This document shows, one piece after another, positions 37,541-49,766 of a DNA stretch of 64,000 bases (position 1 is the first letter of the stretch; each line of letters starts with the position of its first letter). The DNA comes from Squalus acanthias (taxonomy: Eukaryota). The DNA lies in contig JASTWF010000033.1 of NCBI GenBank assembly GCA_030390025.1, positions 6,202,001-6,266,000 on the forward strand. Direction: 5' to 3'. Below the pieces are notes generated by a model. It was not told where the DNA came from and made no database searches. It was given only the letters and a program-made list of their open reading frames with translations. The translations under genes and the position numbers were made by a program.

Positions 37541-37547
37541 CTAAAAG

Positions 37548-40500
37548 GTTAGATTAGAATCACCACCGGTAATGTTAGGTTAGAATCACCACCAGTAATG
37601 TAGTAGTAGAGTCACCACAAGTACTGTTCGAGTAGAATCACTACCAGTTCTGTTAGATTAGTATCACCAACAGTAACGTTAGATTAGAATCACCAGCAGT
37701 AATATTAGAGTAGAATCACCACTAGTAGTGTTAGATTAGAATCACCACAAGTATTGTTCGAGTAGAATCACCACCAGTAATGTTAGATAAGAATCACCAC
37801 CAGTAATGTTAGATTAGAATCACCAGCAGTAATATTAGAGTAGAATCACCACCAGTCGTGTTAAATTAGAATCACCACCATTATTGTTCGAGTAGAATCA
37901 CCATCAGTAATGTTAGACTAGAATCACCACCAGTAATGTTAGAGTAGAATCACCAACAGTAGTGTTTGAGTAGTGTCAACACCAGGAATGTTAGTGTTGA
38001 ATCACTACCAGTAATGTTAGAGTCGAGTCACCACAAGTAATGAAAAATTAGAATCACCACCAGTAATGTTAGATTAGAATCATTACCAGTAATGTTAGAG
38101 TAGAGTCACCACCAGTAATGTTAGGCTAGAATCAACACCAGTAATGTTAGATTAGAATCACTACCAGTAATGTTAGATTAGAATCACCAACGGTAATGTT
38201 AGATTTGAATCACTACCAGTAATGTTAGAGTAGAGTCATCACCAGTAATGTTATACTAGAATCAATACCAGTAATGTTAGAGTAGAATCACCAGCAATAA
38301 TGTTAAAGTAGAATCACCACCAGTAATGTTAGATTAGAATCATCACCAGTCATGTTAGATTAGAGTCACCACCAGTAATGTTAGAGTAGAGGGACCACCT
38401 CTAATGTCAGAGTAGAATCAACACCAGTAATGTTAGAGTAGAATCACCAACAGTAATGTTAGCTTAGAATCACCACCAGTAATATTAGAGAAGAATCACC
38501 ACCAGTAGTGTTAGATTAGAATCACCACCAGTAATGTAAGAATAGAGTCACCACCAGTAATGTTAAATTAGAATCATCACCAGTAATGTTAGATTAAAAT
38601 CAGCACCAGTAATGTTAGAGAACAATCACCACCAGTAACATGAGAGTAGCATCAGCACCAGAAATGTTAGTTTAGCATCACCACCGGTATTGTTAGATTA
38701 GTATCAACACCAGTCATGTTAGATTAGAGTCACTACCAGTAATGTCAGAGTAGAATCACCACCAGTAATGTTAGAGTATAATCACCACCAGTAATGTCAA
38801 ATTAGAATCAACACCAGTAATGTTAGAGTAGAGTCACCACCAGTAATGTTAATTTAGAATCACCACCATTAATATTAGAGTATATTCACCACAAGTAATG
38901 TTAGATTAGAATCACCACCACTAATGTCAGAGTAGAATCACCACCAGTAATGTTAGAGTAGAATCACCAACAGTAATGTCAGATTAGAATCACCAGCAGT
39001 AATATTAGAGTAGAATCACCACCAGTAGTGTTAGATTACAATCACCACCAGTATTGTTCGAGTAGAATCACCTCCAGTAATGTTAGGTAAGAATCAACCC
39101 CATTAATGTTAGGTTAGAATCACCACCAGTAATGTTAGATTAGAATCACCACCAGTAATGTTAGAGTAGAATCAAAACCAGTAGTGTTAGATTAGAATCA
39201 CCACCAGAAATGTTAGATAAGAATCACCACCAGTAATGTTAGATTAGTGACACCACCAGTGATGTTAGAGTTGAGTCCCCACTAGTAATGTTAGAGTAGA
39301 ATCATCACCAGTAATGTTAAATTAGAATCACCACCAGAAATGTTCGAGCAGAATCACCACCAGTAATGTAAGAGTAGAATCACCACCAGTAAAGTTAGAG
39401 TAGAGTCACCACCAGTAATGTTAGAGTAGAATCAACACCATTAATGTTAGAGTAGAATCACCATCAGTAATGTTAGAGTATAATCACCACCAGTAATGTT
39501 AGAGTAGAATCACCACCAGTAATGTTAGAGTAGAATCACCACCAGTAATGTTAGTGTAGAGTCACCACCAGTAATGTTAGAGTAGAGTCACCACCAGTAA
39601 TATTATACTAGAATCACCACCAGTAATGTTAGAGTAGAATCACCACCAGTAATGTTAGATTATAATCACCACCAGTAATTTTAGAGTAGAATCAACACCA
39701 GTAATGTTAGAGTAGAATCACCACCAGTAATGTTAGATTATAATCACCTGCAGTAATGTAAGAATAGAGCCACCACAAGTAATGTTAGATTAGAATCACC
39801 TCCAGTGAGGTTAGATTAGAATCACCACCAGTAATGTTAGATTAGAATCACCACCAGTAATGTAGTAGTAGAGTCACCACAAGTACTGTTCGAGTAGAAT
39901 CAATACCAGTTCTGTTAGATTAGTATCACCAACAGTAATGTTAGATTAGAATCATTACCAGTAATGTTAGAGTCGAGTCACCACAAGTAATGAAAATTAG
40001 AATCACCACCAGTAATGTTAGATTAGAGTCACCACCAATACTGTTAGATTAGAATCACCACCAGTAATGTTAGATTACAATCACCACCAGTAATTTTAGA
40101 GTAGAATCAACACCAGTAATGTTAGAGTAGAATCACCACCAGTAATGTTAGATTATAATCACCTGCAGTAATGTAAGAATAGAGCCACCACAAGTAATGT
40201 TAGACTAGAATCACCTCCAGTGAGGTTAGATTAGAATCACCACCAGTAATGTTCGAGTAGAATCACTACCAGTTCTGTTAGATTAGAATCACCAGCAGTA
40301 ATATTAGAGTAGAATCACCACCAGTAGTGTTAGATTAGAATCACCAAAAGTATTGTTCGAGTAGAATCACCACCAGTAATATTATACTAGAATCACCACC
40401 AGTAATGTGAGAGTAGAATCACCACCAGTAAAGTTAGATTAGACTCACCACAAGTAATGTTAGCTTAGAATAATTACCAGTAATGTTAGATTAGAGTCAC

Positions 40501-43500
40501 GACAGTAATGATAGAGTAGAATCACAACCAGAAATGTTAGTTTAGAATCACCACCAGTAATGTTATTTTGGATCACGACCAGTACTGTTCGAGTAGAATC
40601 ACCACCAGTCATGTTAGATTAGAATCACTACCAGTAATGTTCGTATAGAGTGACCACCAGCAATGTCAGAGTAGAATCACCACCAGTAATGTTAGAGTAA
40701 AATCACCACCAGTACTGTTAGATTAGAATCACCACCAGTAATATTAGAGTAGAATCACCACCAGTAATGTTAGATAAGAATCAACACCAGTAATGTTAGA
40801 TTAGAATCACCACCAGTAATGTTAGATTAGAATCACCAACAGTAATGTTAGATTACAATCACCACCAGTAATTTTAGAGTAGAATCAACACCAGTAATGT
40901 TAGAGTAGAATCACCACCAGTAATGTTAGATTATAATCACCTGCAGTAATGTAAGAATAGAGCCACCACAAGTAATGTTAGACTAGAATCACCTCCAGTG
41001 AGGTTAGATTAGAATCACCACCAGTAATGTTAGATTAGAATCACCACCAGTAATGTAGTAGTAGAGTCACCACAAGTACTGTTCGAGTAGAATCACTACC
41101 AGTTCTGTTAGATTAGAATCACCAGCAGTAATATTAGAGTAGAATCACCACCAGTAGTGTTAGATTAGAATCACCAAAAGTATTGTTCGAGTAGAATCAC
41201 CACCAGTAATGTTAGATAAGAATCACCACCAGTAATGTTAGATTAGAATCACCAGCAGTAATATTAGAGTTGAATCACCACCAGTAGTGTTAGATTAGAA
41301 TCACCACCAGTATTGTTCGAGTAGAATCACCATCAGTAATGTTAGACTGGAATCACCTCCAGTAATGTTAGAGTAGAGTCAACACCAATAATGTTAGATT
41401 AGAATCACCACCAGAAATGTTAGAGTAGAATCACCACCAGTAATGTTATATAAGAATCACCACCAGTAATGTTAGCGTAGAATCACGACCAGTAATATGA
41501 GAGTAGAATCACCACCATTAACATTAGAGTAGCATCACCACCAGTTATGTTAGATTAGAATCACCACCAGTAATGTTAGATTAGAATCAGCACCAGTAAT
41601 GTAAGATTATAATCACCACCAGTAATGTTAGATTAGAATCACCACCAGTAATGTTAGAGTAGAATCACTACCAGTAGTGTTAGATTAGAGTCACCACCAG
41701 TAATGTTAGATTAGAATCAACACCAGTAATGTAGAAGTAGAGTCGCCACAAGTAATGTTAGAGTAGAATCACTACCAGTAATGTTAGAGTAGAATCACCA
41801 ACAGTAATGTTTAATTAAAATCACCACCAGTAATGTTAGAGTAGAGTCACCAGCAGTAATGTTAGAGTAGAGTCAACACTAGTAATGTTAGAGTAGAATC
41901 AACACCAGTAATGTTAGAGTATGGCCTCCACAAGTAATGTTAGAATAGGATCGCAAACTTTAACGTGAGATTAGAGTTACCACCAGTAATATTAGATTAG
42001 GGTCACCACCAGCAATGTTAGAATAGTGTCGCCACCATTAATCCGAGATTTGAGTCAACAGCAGTAATGTTAGATTAGAATCAACACCAGTAATGTTAGA
42101 TTAGAATCACCACCAGTAATGTTAGATTTGTGTCACCACCAGTAATGTTAGAGTTCAGTCCCCACCAGTAATGTTAGAGTAGAATCATCACCAGTGATTT
42201 TAAATTAGGGTCACCACCATTTATGTTAAACTAGAATCACCACCAGTAATGTTAGATTAGAATCAATACCAGTAATGTTAGTGTAGACTCACCACCAGTA
42301 ATGTTAGATTAGAATCACTACTAGTAATATTACAGTAGAATCAACACAAGTAATGTTAGATAAGAATCACCACCAGTAATGTTAGAGTAGAATCAACACC
42401 AGTAATGTTAGAGTATAATCACCACCAGTAATGTTAGATTATAATCACCAGCAGTAATGTAAGAATAGAGCCACCACAAGTAATGTTAGAGTAGAATCAC
42501 CACCAGTGATGTTAGATTAGAATCATCACCAGTAATGTTAGATTAGAATCACCACCAGAAATGTAGTAGTAGAGTCACCACAAGTAATGTTCGAGTAGAA
42601 TCACTACCAGTTATGTTAGATTAGAATCACCAGCAGTAATGTTAGATTAGAATCACCACCAGTAATGTAAGAGTAGAGTCACCAGAAGTAATGTTAGATT
42701 AGAATCACCACCAGTAATGTTAGATTAGAGTCACCTCCTGTGATGTTAGAGTAGAGTCACCACCAGTAATGTTAGAGTTGAATCAACACTAGTAATGTTG
42801 GAGTAGATTTAACACCAGCAATGTTAGTGTAGGGTAACCACAAGTAATATTAGAATAGGATCGCAACCATTAATATGAGATTAGAGTCACCACCAGTAAT
42901 GTTAGATTAGAATCACCACCAGTAATGTTAGATTAGAATCACCACCAGTAATTTTAGATTAGTGTCACTGCCAGTAGTGTTAGAGTAGAGTCACCACCAG
43001 TCATGTTAGATTAGAGTCACCACCATTCATGTTAGAGTAGAGTCGCCACCAGTAATGTTAGAGTAGAATCAGCACCAGTAATGTTAAAGTAGAATCGCCA
43101 CCAGTAATGTTAGAGTAGAGTCACCACCAGTAATGTTAGAGTAGAGTCAACACCAGTAATCGTCGAATAGAATCACCGCCAGTAATCTTAGAGTAGAGTC
43201 AACACCAGTAAAGTTAGAGTAGAGTCACCATCAGTAATGTTAGAGTAGGGATACCAACTGTAATGTTAGAGTTGAGTCAACACCAGTAATGTTAGAGTAG
43301 AGTCCCCATCAGTAATGTTAGAGTTGAGTCACCTCCAGTAATGTTAGAGTAGAGTCACCACCAGTAATGTTATAGAAGCAGCACCACCAGTAATTGTAGA
43401 GTAGGGTCATCGCCTGTAATATTAGAGTAGGGCCCTCATCAGTAATGTTAGAGTAGAGTTACCACCATTTATGTTAGATTAGGATCACCACCAGCAATGT

Positions 43501-44140
43501 TGGCGTAGAGTCACCGCCAGTTATATTAAAGTAGGGTCACCACCAGTAATGTTGGAGTAGAGTCACCACCGGCAATGTTAGAGTGTGGTCACCGCAGTAT
43601 TGTTAGAACAGGGTCACCACCAGTAATGTTATAGTAGAGTCACCATCAATAATGTTAGCATAGAGTCACCACCAGTAATGTTAGAGTAGGGTCACCACCA
43701 CTAATGTTAGAGTGGAATCACTACCAGTAATGTTAGAATAAAGTAACCACGAGTAATGTTAGAGTAGAGTCACCACCAGTAATTTTAGAATAGCGTCACC
43801 ATCAGTAATGTTATAGTAGAATCACCACCAGTAATGTTAGAGTAGAATCACCACCGCTAAAGTTAGATGAAAGTCACCACCAGTAATGTTAGATTAGAAT
43901 CACCACCAGCATCGTTAGAGTAGAGTCACCGCCAGTAATGTTAGAGTATGGTCACCACCAGCAATTTTGGAGTAGAGTCACCACCAGTAATGTTATAAAT
44001 GTGTCACCACCAGTAATGTTAGAGTAGAGTCACCACCAGTAATATTAGAGTAGTTTCACCACCATTAATGTTAGAGTAGGGTCACCACCAGTAATTATAG
44101 TGCAGGATGACCAGCATAATGTTAGATTGGGCCCTCACCA
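37548..44140. repeat. 26-bp satellite, consensus AGAATCACCACCAGTAATGTTAGA(T/G)T (roughly 250 units)
   Basis: Direct reading; abuts the 29-bp satellite and decays towards about 44.2 kb. Confidence 0.97.
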
Positions 44141-44470
44141 GTAATATTTGGTTAATGTTCGCGATGAATCATCGCCAGTATTTTTAGTGATGAATCATCA
44201 CCAGTGATATTAGAGAGGTGTCATCACTACATATCATTACAATAAAAAATCTCATTTAAATTAGACAATGGATGAGGGAAGTTTTCATTGAATGAATTTG
44301 AGACCTCTGGAGCCTAATGCAGTGTCCAGGAGGGATTTTCAGTTCAGCGTTCCGTACAATTTCCCCACTGGCGCTCTGAAGCGGAAAATCGCCCCTTGTT
44401 TGTTAAGTGACTGTAAATAACGCCACTTGTTGTGTAACATGTTTTTTTCTGGCCGGGGCTCCGATTGTTC

Positions 44471-44476
44471 TATAAA
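44471..44476 (+). promoter_or_regulatory. Candidate TATA box of the GPCR gene
   Basis: TATAAA 83 bp upstream of the exon-1 ATG. Confidence 0.45.
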
Positions 44477-44553
44477 TGGGGAGTATTTACCGATCTCAGA
44501 TACACTCCAGTCCGAACCGTAAAGCTGGACAGATTTCGCACAGATTTTTTTAA

Positions 44554-44623
44554 ATGGAACTGGCAACAATTCTACAAATAATGCACATTTATTACCCTAT
44601 TCTCGCAATCTTTGGGGCTCCCG
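44554..44623 (+). pseudogene. Coding exon 1 of a class A GPCR (GPR139/GPR142-like family)
   Basis: MELATILQIMHIYYPILAIFGAP plus G|GTAAGA donor; phase 1 matches the acceptor at 45866 and restores TM1 GAPAN. Absent from the ORF track. Confidence 0.85.
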
Positions 44624-45300
44624 GTAAGAAAATGTCTTCTGTTGCCTAATAGCTGTTGACTATCTCATTGTTAATTTATCAGATTCCGAGAACGTCCTCA
44701 TTGCAGAGTCTTTGATCCACCGGGATCGGTGAATCTCAGCGGGAGCAGTCCGCGCGGCCGCTGAGGCGCTGTTCTGGTCGCTCGATCGCGGGCAACGGGC
44801 GCTCAACCTTCCTCCCTATACTGAGGGAGGGCGTGGCTGATTCTCCGGCCCGTCCAATAGTACATAGATCACTAAAGAATGTATTGCTTAGTGTCCATGG
44901 CAAACACTTCATCTATACCGTTGTTTACTGTCTACTTTAAGTTGAGAATGAGTTGTACTGCAGCCACCTCCACCCATCAGAGGACTGTGAAAGATATTTG
45001 GAGCAATAATTGCCGCTCAGGGCGCTGCTCCCCTCCCCTCGGCTGCAAAGAACCTTCGCGGCTCCACCAGCTCCCGCTCTGTTACCGAGCAGCTTCCTCG
45101 GGGCCATTAGAAATAGAAAAAGCGCAGAGTTTCGACCTACATCGAATGTTTGTGTCACAGCTGAATGTATTATTTAAATTCATATATTTCCAGTAACTGT
45201 TTGTAAATTATATTGAATAGAGCTGACATCTGATGTCCCTGCGAGGTACTGCGGCTTGAGCTGGACCGCAGCGTTAAAGTCTGAATGGAGCCTCAATCAA

Positions 45301-45405
45301 TTTCTAACGAAATGTTTCGACATGAAACGTTAACTTCATTTTCCTCTCCACGTTTAATGCTGCTGATCCTGGTCCTGCTGAGTATTTCCAGCATTTTCTG
45401 TTTTT
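45301..45405 (+). mobile_element. Single arm of the Penelope-derived family, in the GPCR intron
   Basis: CTAACGA-A-ATGT(TTCG)ACAT-GAAACGTTAACT...CCTGCTGAGTATTTCCAGCATTTTCTGTTTT matches the arm at 22708-22810. Confidence 0.65.
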
Positions 45406-45866
45406 ATGCATGAATATAGTGTCAGTGGCGATAGCGATGGAGATTCAGCCGGAAGAGAAGGATCATGGTCGGCTGAGCCGAGGTCGCCCGTATCACACTA
45501 TCGCCCAAAGTCAACATTCCCTTCCGTTGAGCCATCAGTGCCTGGCTGTCGGTGGTGTTGGGGTCGCTATCCGATACCATTGCCGATACTGAATACGAGC
45601 GACCCTCCCAGCACCAACCTCCACCCACCGGCTTGACACAGTCTGACTGAAGTGTGCTGGAATGCAGGTGCATTCTCACTACCTCGATATTGGGTTTTTC
45701 ATGAATATTTTCGTTTGAAAAGGTATATTGTCAATGCTTGCTTATATTATAAAGAGAAACCGTGTGCATAACCCTCAGTAGGAACACATCGGTTCATCTC
45801 CCCACAATACGCTGTAAGATTTATCCGAGTGTCCCCATTACTTACTCTTGTCCCTCTTTCTTACAG

Positions 45867-46773
45867 CGAACATATTAACAATGGTGATTCTCTCCAGAGG
45901 AAAATGTGGTCTTTCCAAATGTATCTCGGTCTACATGGTGGCCATGGCAACAGCAGATCTACTGGTCATGATCGTCAATGTAATTGTATATCATATTTTG
46001 AGTAAACGCTTCCCATATTCATTCCTGTCCTACACTGCCGTTTGTAAGTTCATGGTGTACATGAGTTGTGTCAACCTGGATATGTCGGTGTGGTTTACCG
46101 TCTCCTTCACATTTGACCGATTTGTAGCTATATGTTGTCAGAAGTTTAAAACAAAGTATTGCACAGTGAGAACTGCGGCCTCGGTTATAACAACGGTCTC
46201 TGTCCTGAGCTATTTAGAGAACATACCCTTTTGGTTTGCCTTTGAACAGAAACAAATAATCAACAATGTTCCCTGGGGTTTCGTCCCGAGTATGGCCTTT
46301 CATACATCGCCTGCAGGTGTAGCCTACAACCGCTTAGAAAGTGTTTTAATTGCATATATTCCTTTTGTTTTAATATTACTTTTTAATTGTTTGACAGTCA
46401 GACGTATTTTAGAGGCAAGCAGAGCCCGCAGGGGACTCCGGGGTCACAGCGGTGAGAATCAGAGCGATCCAGAGATGGAGAGCCGAAGGAAATCCATCAT
46501 TTTACTTTTCACTGTATCGGCCAGTTTTTTATTGTTGTGGCTGACAGCTGCCGTGAATTCTGTAGTTAAGAACCTGGTGGTTTTTCACCGACCCGATTAT
46601 ACATCCCTGCATACATCGCCACTGAAACCGGATATATGCTCGTGTATTTGAGTTCCTGTACAAACACGTGTATTTATGCAGCTACACAAACTAAATTCAG
46701 GGAAGAGCTGAAGAAGGTGGTGAACTCTCCTTGGACATTGATTCTGATGTTGATTAAAAAAATGAAAAATTAA
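45867..46773 (+). pseudogene. Coding exon 2 of the GPR139-like GPCR (TM1-TM7); 1-nt frameshift near 46605
   Basis: Polypyrimidine-TTACAG acceptor; ANILTMVILSRGKCGLSKC, MATADL and FTFDRFVAIC; TM7 and helix 8 (YLSSCTNTCIYAATQTKFREEL...*) lie in a shifted frame ending at TAA 46771-46773. Confidence 0.85.
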
Positions 46774-46935
46774 ACTACAGCTTCCTTTAATTAAAGTAAA
46801 ATTACAGCCCGTGTTCCATTTTAGAATGGCCGTCTCACCGTTAGGGTGAAAGCCGATTGTTGCTGTGAAAATGAACAGGTATCAGTAAACTTTCTTCCTT
46901 TTTGTGCCGTGTGTTTTGTGTCTGCTGCTTTCCCT

Positions 46936-47395
46936 GGGTCAGCCGTGGCTCAGCTGGTAGCAACCTCGTGAGAAGTTTGTGGCTTCAAGTCCCACTCCAG
47001 AGACTCAATAATCTACCATAATCTAGGCTGACACTCCAGTGCAGGGCTGAGGGGGTGCTGCACTGTCGGAGGAGCCCTCTTTCGAATTAGACGTTAAACT
47101 GAGGCTCCGTCAATCCTCTCAGGTGGACGTAAAAGATCCTTTGCCCGATTTCGAAGAGGAGCAGGGAGTAATCCGGGGTGTACCAGCCAATATTTATCCC
47201 TTAATCAACATCACTAAAAAACAAATTATCTGGTCATTCTTACATTGCTGTTTGTGGGAGCTTCGTGTGCTTAGATTGGCTGCCGTGTTTCCTACATTAG
47301 AACAGAGGTTACACCTCAAAAATACTTCAGTGGCTGTATAGTGCCGGTGGTCGTGACAGGAGCTATATAAATACAAATCTTTCCTTTTCTTTCTT
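46936..47395 (+). mobile_element. tRNA-headed SINE with Deu domain (SacSINE1/AmnSINE1-like)
   Basis: A-box TGGCTCAGCTGG; B-box-like GCTTCAAGTCC; central GACGTTAAACTGAGG...CTCTCAGGTGGACGTAAAAGATCC...GCCAATATTTATCCC recognised as Deu domain; TATATAAATACAAATC(TTTC)n-like tail. Confidence 0.8.
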
Positions 47396-48599
47396 TTACC
47401 CCGGGTCAATATAACCATTTCCCGCTAATCAGAATATTCTAAAGTCTGCTAATGTGATACTGTGTTGGTTTGTATTTCTATTGTAGCAATGTTAATCTTT
47501 AGCCTGTTCCTGTTTAGCAGGGAAGCACTGGTCTGTTTAAAGTACCACTGGGCTATTGGACCAGGGCAGACCCTGCAGCAATGGCCAGTTTCAGGATGAA
47601 GTAATAAACGATTTAATTAAACTCATGACATTTTAAACAGATTCGTCAATTTCAGGAAACTTTACTCATTTGGTAACAGTTTGGGAAGAGAGTTAGTTCT
47701 GCAATGGAAAACATCCGGGCATCCATCATCATTTTCTATTAGTACAATAGATAAAGAAACAGACATTCTCACTGTTAAAGCTTTCACTTGTTGCAGTTGC
47801 AATTATATGGTTCAAGAGAGAAACTATCGATCAGATAAATGAATTAAATTATCTTTATGTAGAGTTTTATTTTAACTTTGATATAATTGTGTTATGCAGA
47901 ATTGCGAGGATTGTCAAGCACAGGGAGTGAGAAAAATGTATAAAAATGCACGCGTTTTGGTAAAGGCCTAAGATACTGAGCTCAGGACTGTGACATGTTT
48001 GGGTCTCCACCCAACATCAGGTGTAGTTCTAAGTTCTATATTTAAATGTGTGTGTAAGTACTATTGCATATATTATGTGCTTAATAAACCTATGACACCT
48101 CACTCCAATGTTGAAGAACATTATTGAAAAGCTTATGCTGACAATAGCCTTTGTACTTTAATTGTGAATGGGCTTCATTTATTAACTGTGATTAAGAGCC
48201 CGCTTTAACCGTCACTCTTTCACGTTTCACTTGACCCAGAGGTTCTCCAGAACCACAATCATCTTGGTTGCAGGGCCCCGTGGAGCCCGGGCTCTGCCAG
48301 TCCGGCTGGCATCCAGCTTCTGGGGAAGGTGATGATTAGTTGCGGGTGGTTTTGTGTAAGAGCCACATTCTCATTTACCTGGATGCGGACAAACAGTAGT
48401 ATTTAAGGCCCGGGTCAGGCAGCCGGCAGAGGTTTTAGTTCAATCAGTCAGCGATGTTCTGCACCCAGCTCCAATCCTGACAAGGCGACCTTCAATCAAC
48501 CACATCATCCAAACTCCACAGGTAAAATAGAAAGCAATGGCTTGAATAATTAACCGTTACATTACCGTGTCACATTCAGTCTGATGTGGTTGTGAGTCC

Positions 48600-49145
48600 C
48601 CATCCCCTGTTTCTAATTAACCAGTTGTTGTATTCCCTTGTGTTTCTCTATTTATAATTAAACAGTTATTGTGTTTCCCTGACATTCCCATCTCCTCTAT
48701 TTATAAATAAAGAGTTACTGCCTCCCCGTCCCCTACTTTTAAATAAACAGTTATTTACTGTGTTAACCCATGTCTCCTTTTATTCTATTTCTAATTAGAC
48801 AGTTAGTTTATCCCCCTGAATCTCCTTGTCCTCTATTTCTAATTGAACAGTTACTGTCTTCCCCTGTCCCCATCTGTAAATGAAGGGTTATTGTGTTCCG
48901 CTGGTCCCTATTTCTAATATCAGTTGCCATATTCCCATGACCTCTATTTCTAATTAAACCATCAATGTGATCCCCTATATTCCCGTTATTCTATTTCTAA
49001 TTAACACTTACTTTGTTCTACTTAATGTTCCTGCTCTCTATGTCTAATTAAATATTTACAGTGCTCCCCTAAATTCCCCTTTATTCTATTTCTAATTTTG
49101 CTGTTCGTGTTCCCCTGAACACCCGTGTCCCCTAGTTTTAATTAT
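48600..49145. repeat. Degenerate AT-rich minisatellite (~35-45-bp units, core CTATTTCTAATTAAACAGTTA)
   Basis: About a dozen recurrences of (CT)ATTTCTAATT followed by CAGTT and TCCCC motifs. Confidence 0.75.
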
Positions 49146-49479
49146 AAAGATTAGGAAGGAAGCCTGTTCCATAGATACACAGTCGCTACTGAAATAATGT
49201 TTCCAGAGATTAGTTTGAATTTACCCCCTTCAATCTCAGGCCGTGTCCTCTGGTGCACCTGTTCTGGACAAGGTGAAACAGCTCGCCATGGTCCACCTTA
49301 TCGGGTGGATTAAGAGCAGTGTCTCGCACACATTCAGGTCCCGGATATTCCTGTGATGTTTGTATGTTTAGTATAGGATTGTTAACATGAAAGTGTAACT
49401 AAACTTCAGGTGCTGAGGTCAACAGTTTCAGAGGTTTCCATATTTCAATTCAGGATCGAACAGCCTATATATCAGGCCT

Positions 49480-49766
49480 GTATATAATACAATGTCCTCC
49501 AGGTATAAATAGCAGCATTAAATTACCCTTTTTGATTATTTTCTGTACCTGTTCATGACAATTTAATTATATATGAACATGGGCACTTAAGTCTCTTTGG
49601 ACCTCAACTGGTTCCAGCCTTTCACCATTTAAAAATGTATTCCGATCTCTCCTTTTTAGATCCTAAGTGGATGACCTCACACTTGCTTATATTTAAATCA
49701 GTTTGCCACAGATTTGCCCATTCGCTTAATCTATTAATATCTGTTCTAATTTCATCGTTCCATCTA
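49480..49766 (-). mobile_element. Old CR1-type fragment; continues at 52687-52975 after a younger CR1 insertion
   Basis: INRLSEWANLWQ...KCEVIHLG; joined to 52687 onward it is colinear with 53540-53920. Confidence 0.7.

Noticed and set aside
25298..44140. CRISPR-like periodicity
   Set aside because: Head-to-tail monomers with no unique spacers, no cas genes and a eukaryotic context.
44330..45295. Possible TIR element around the CpG-rich GPCR 5' region
   Set aside because: Terminal similarity is too weak, and the region is explained by the GPCR promoter, exon 1 and intron.
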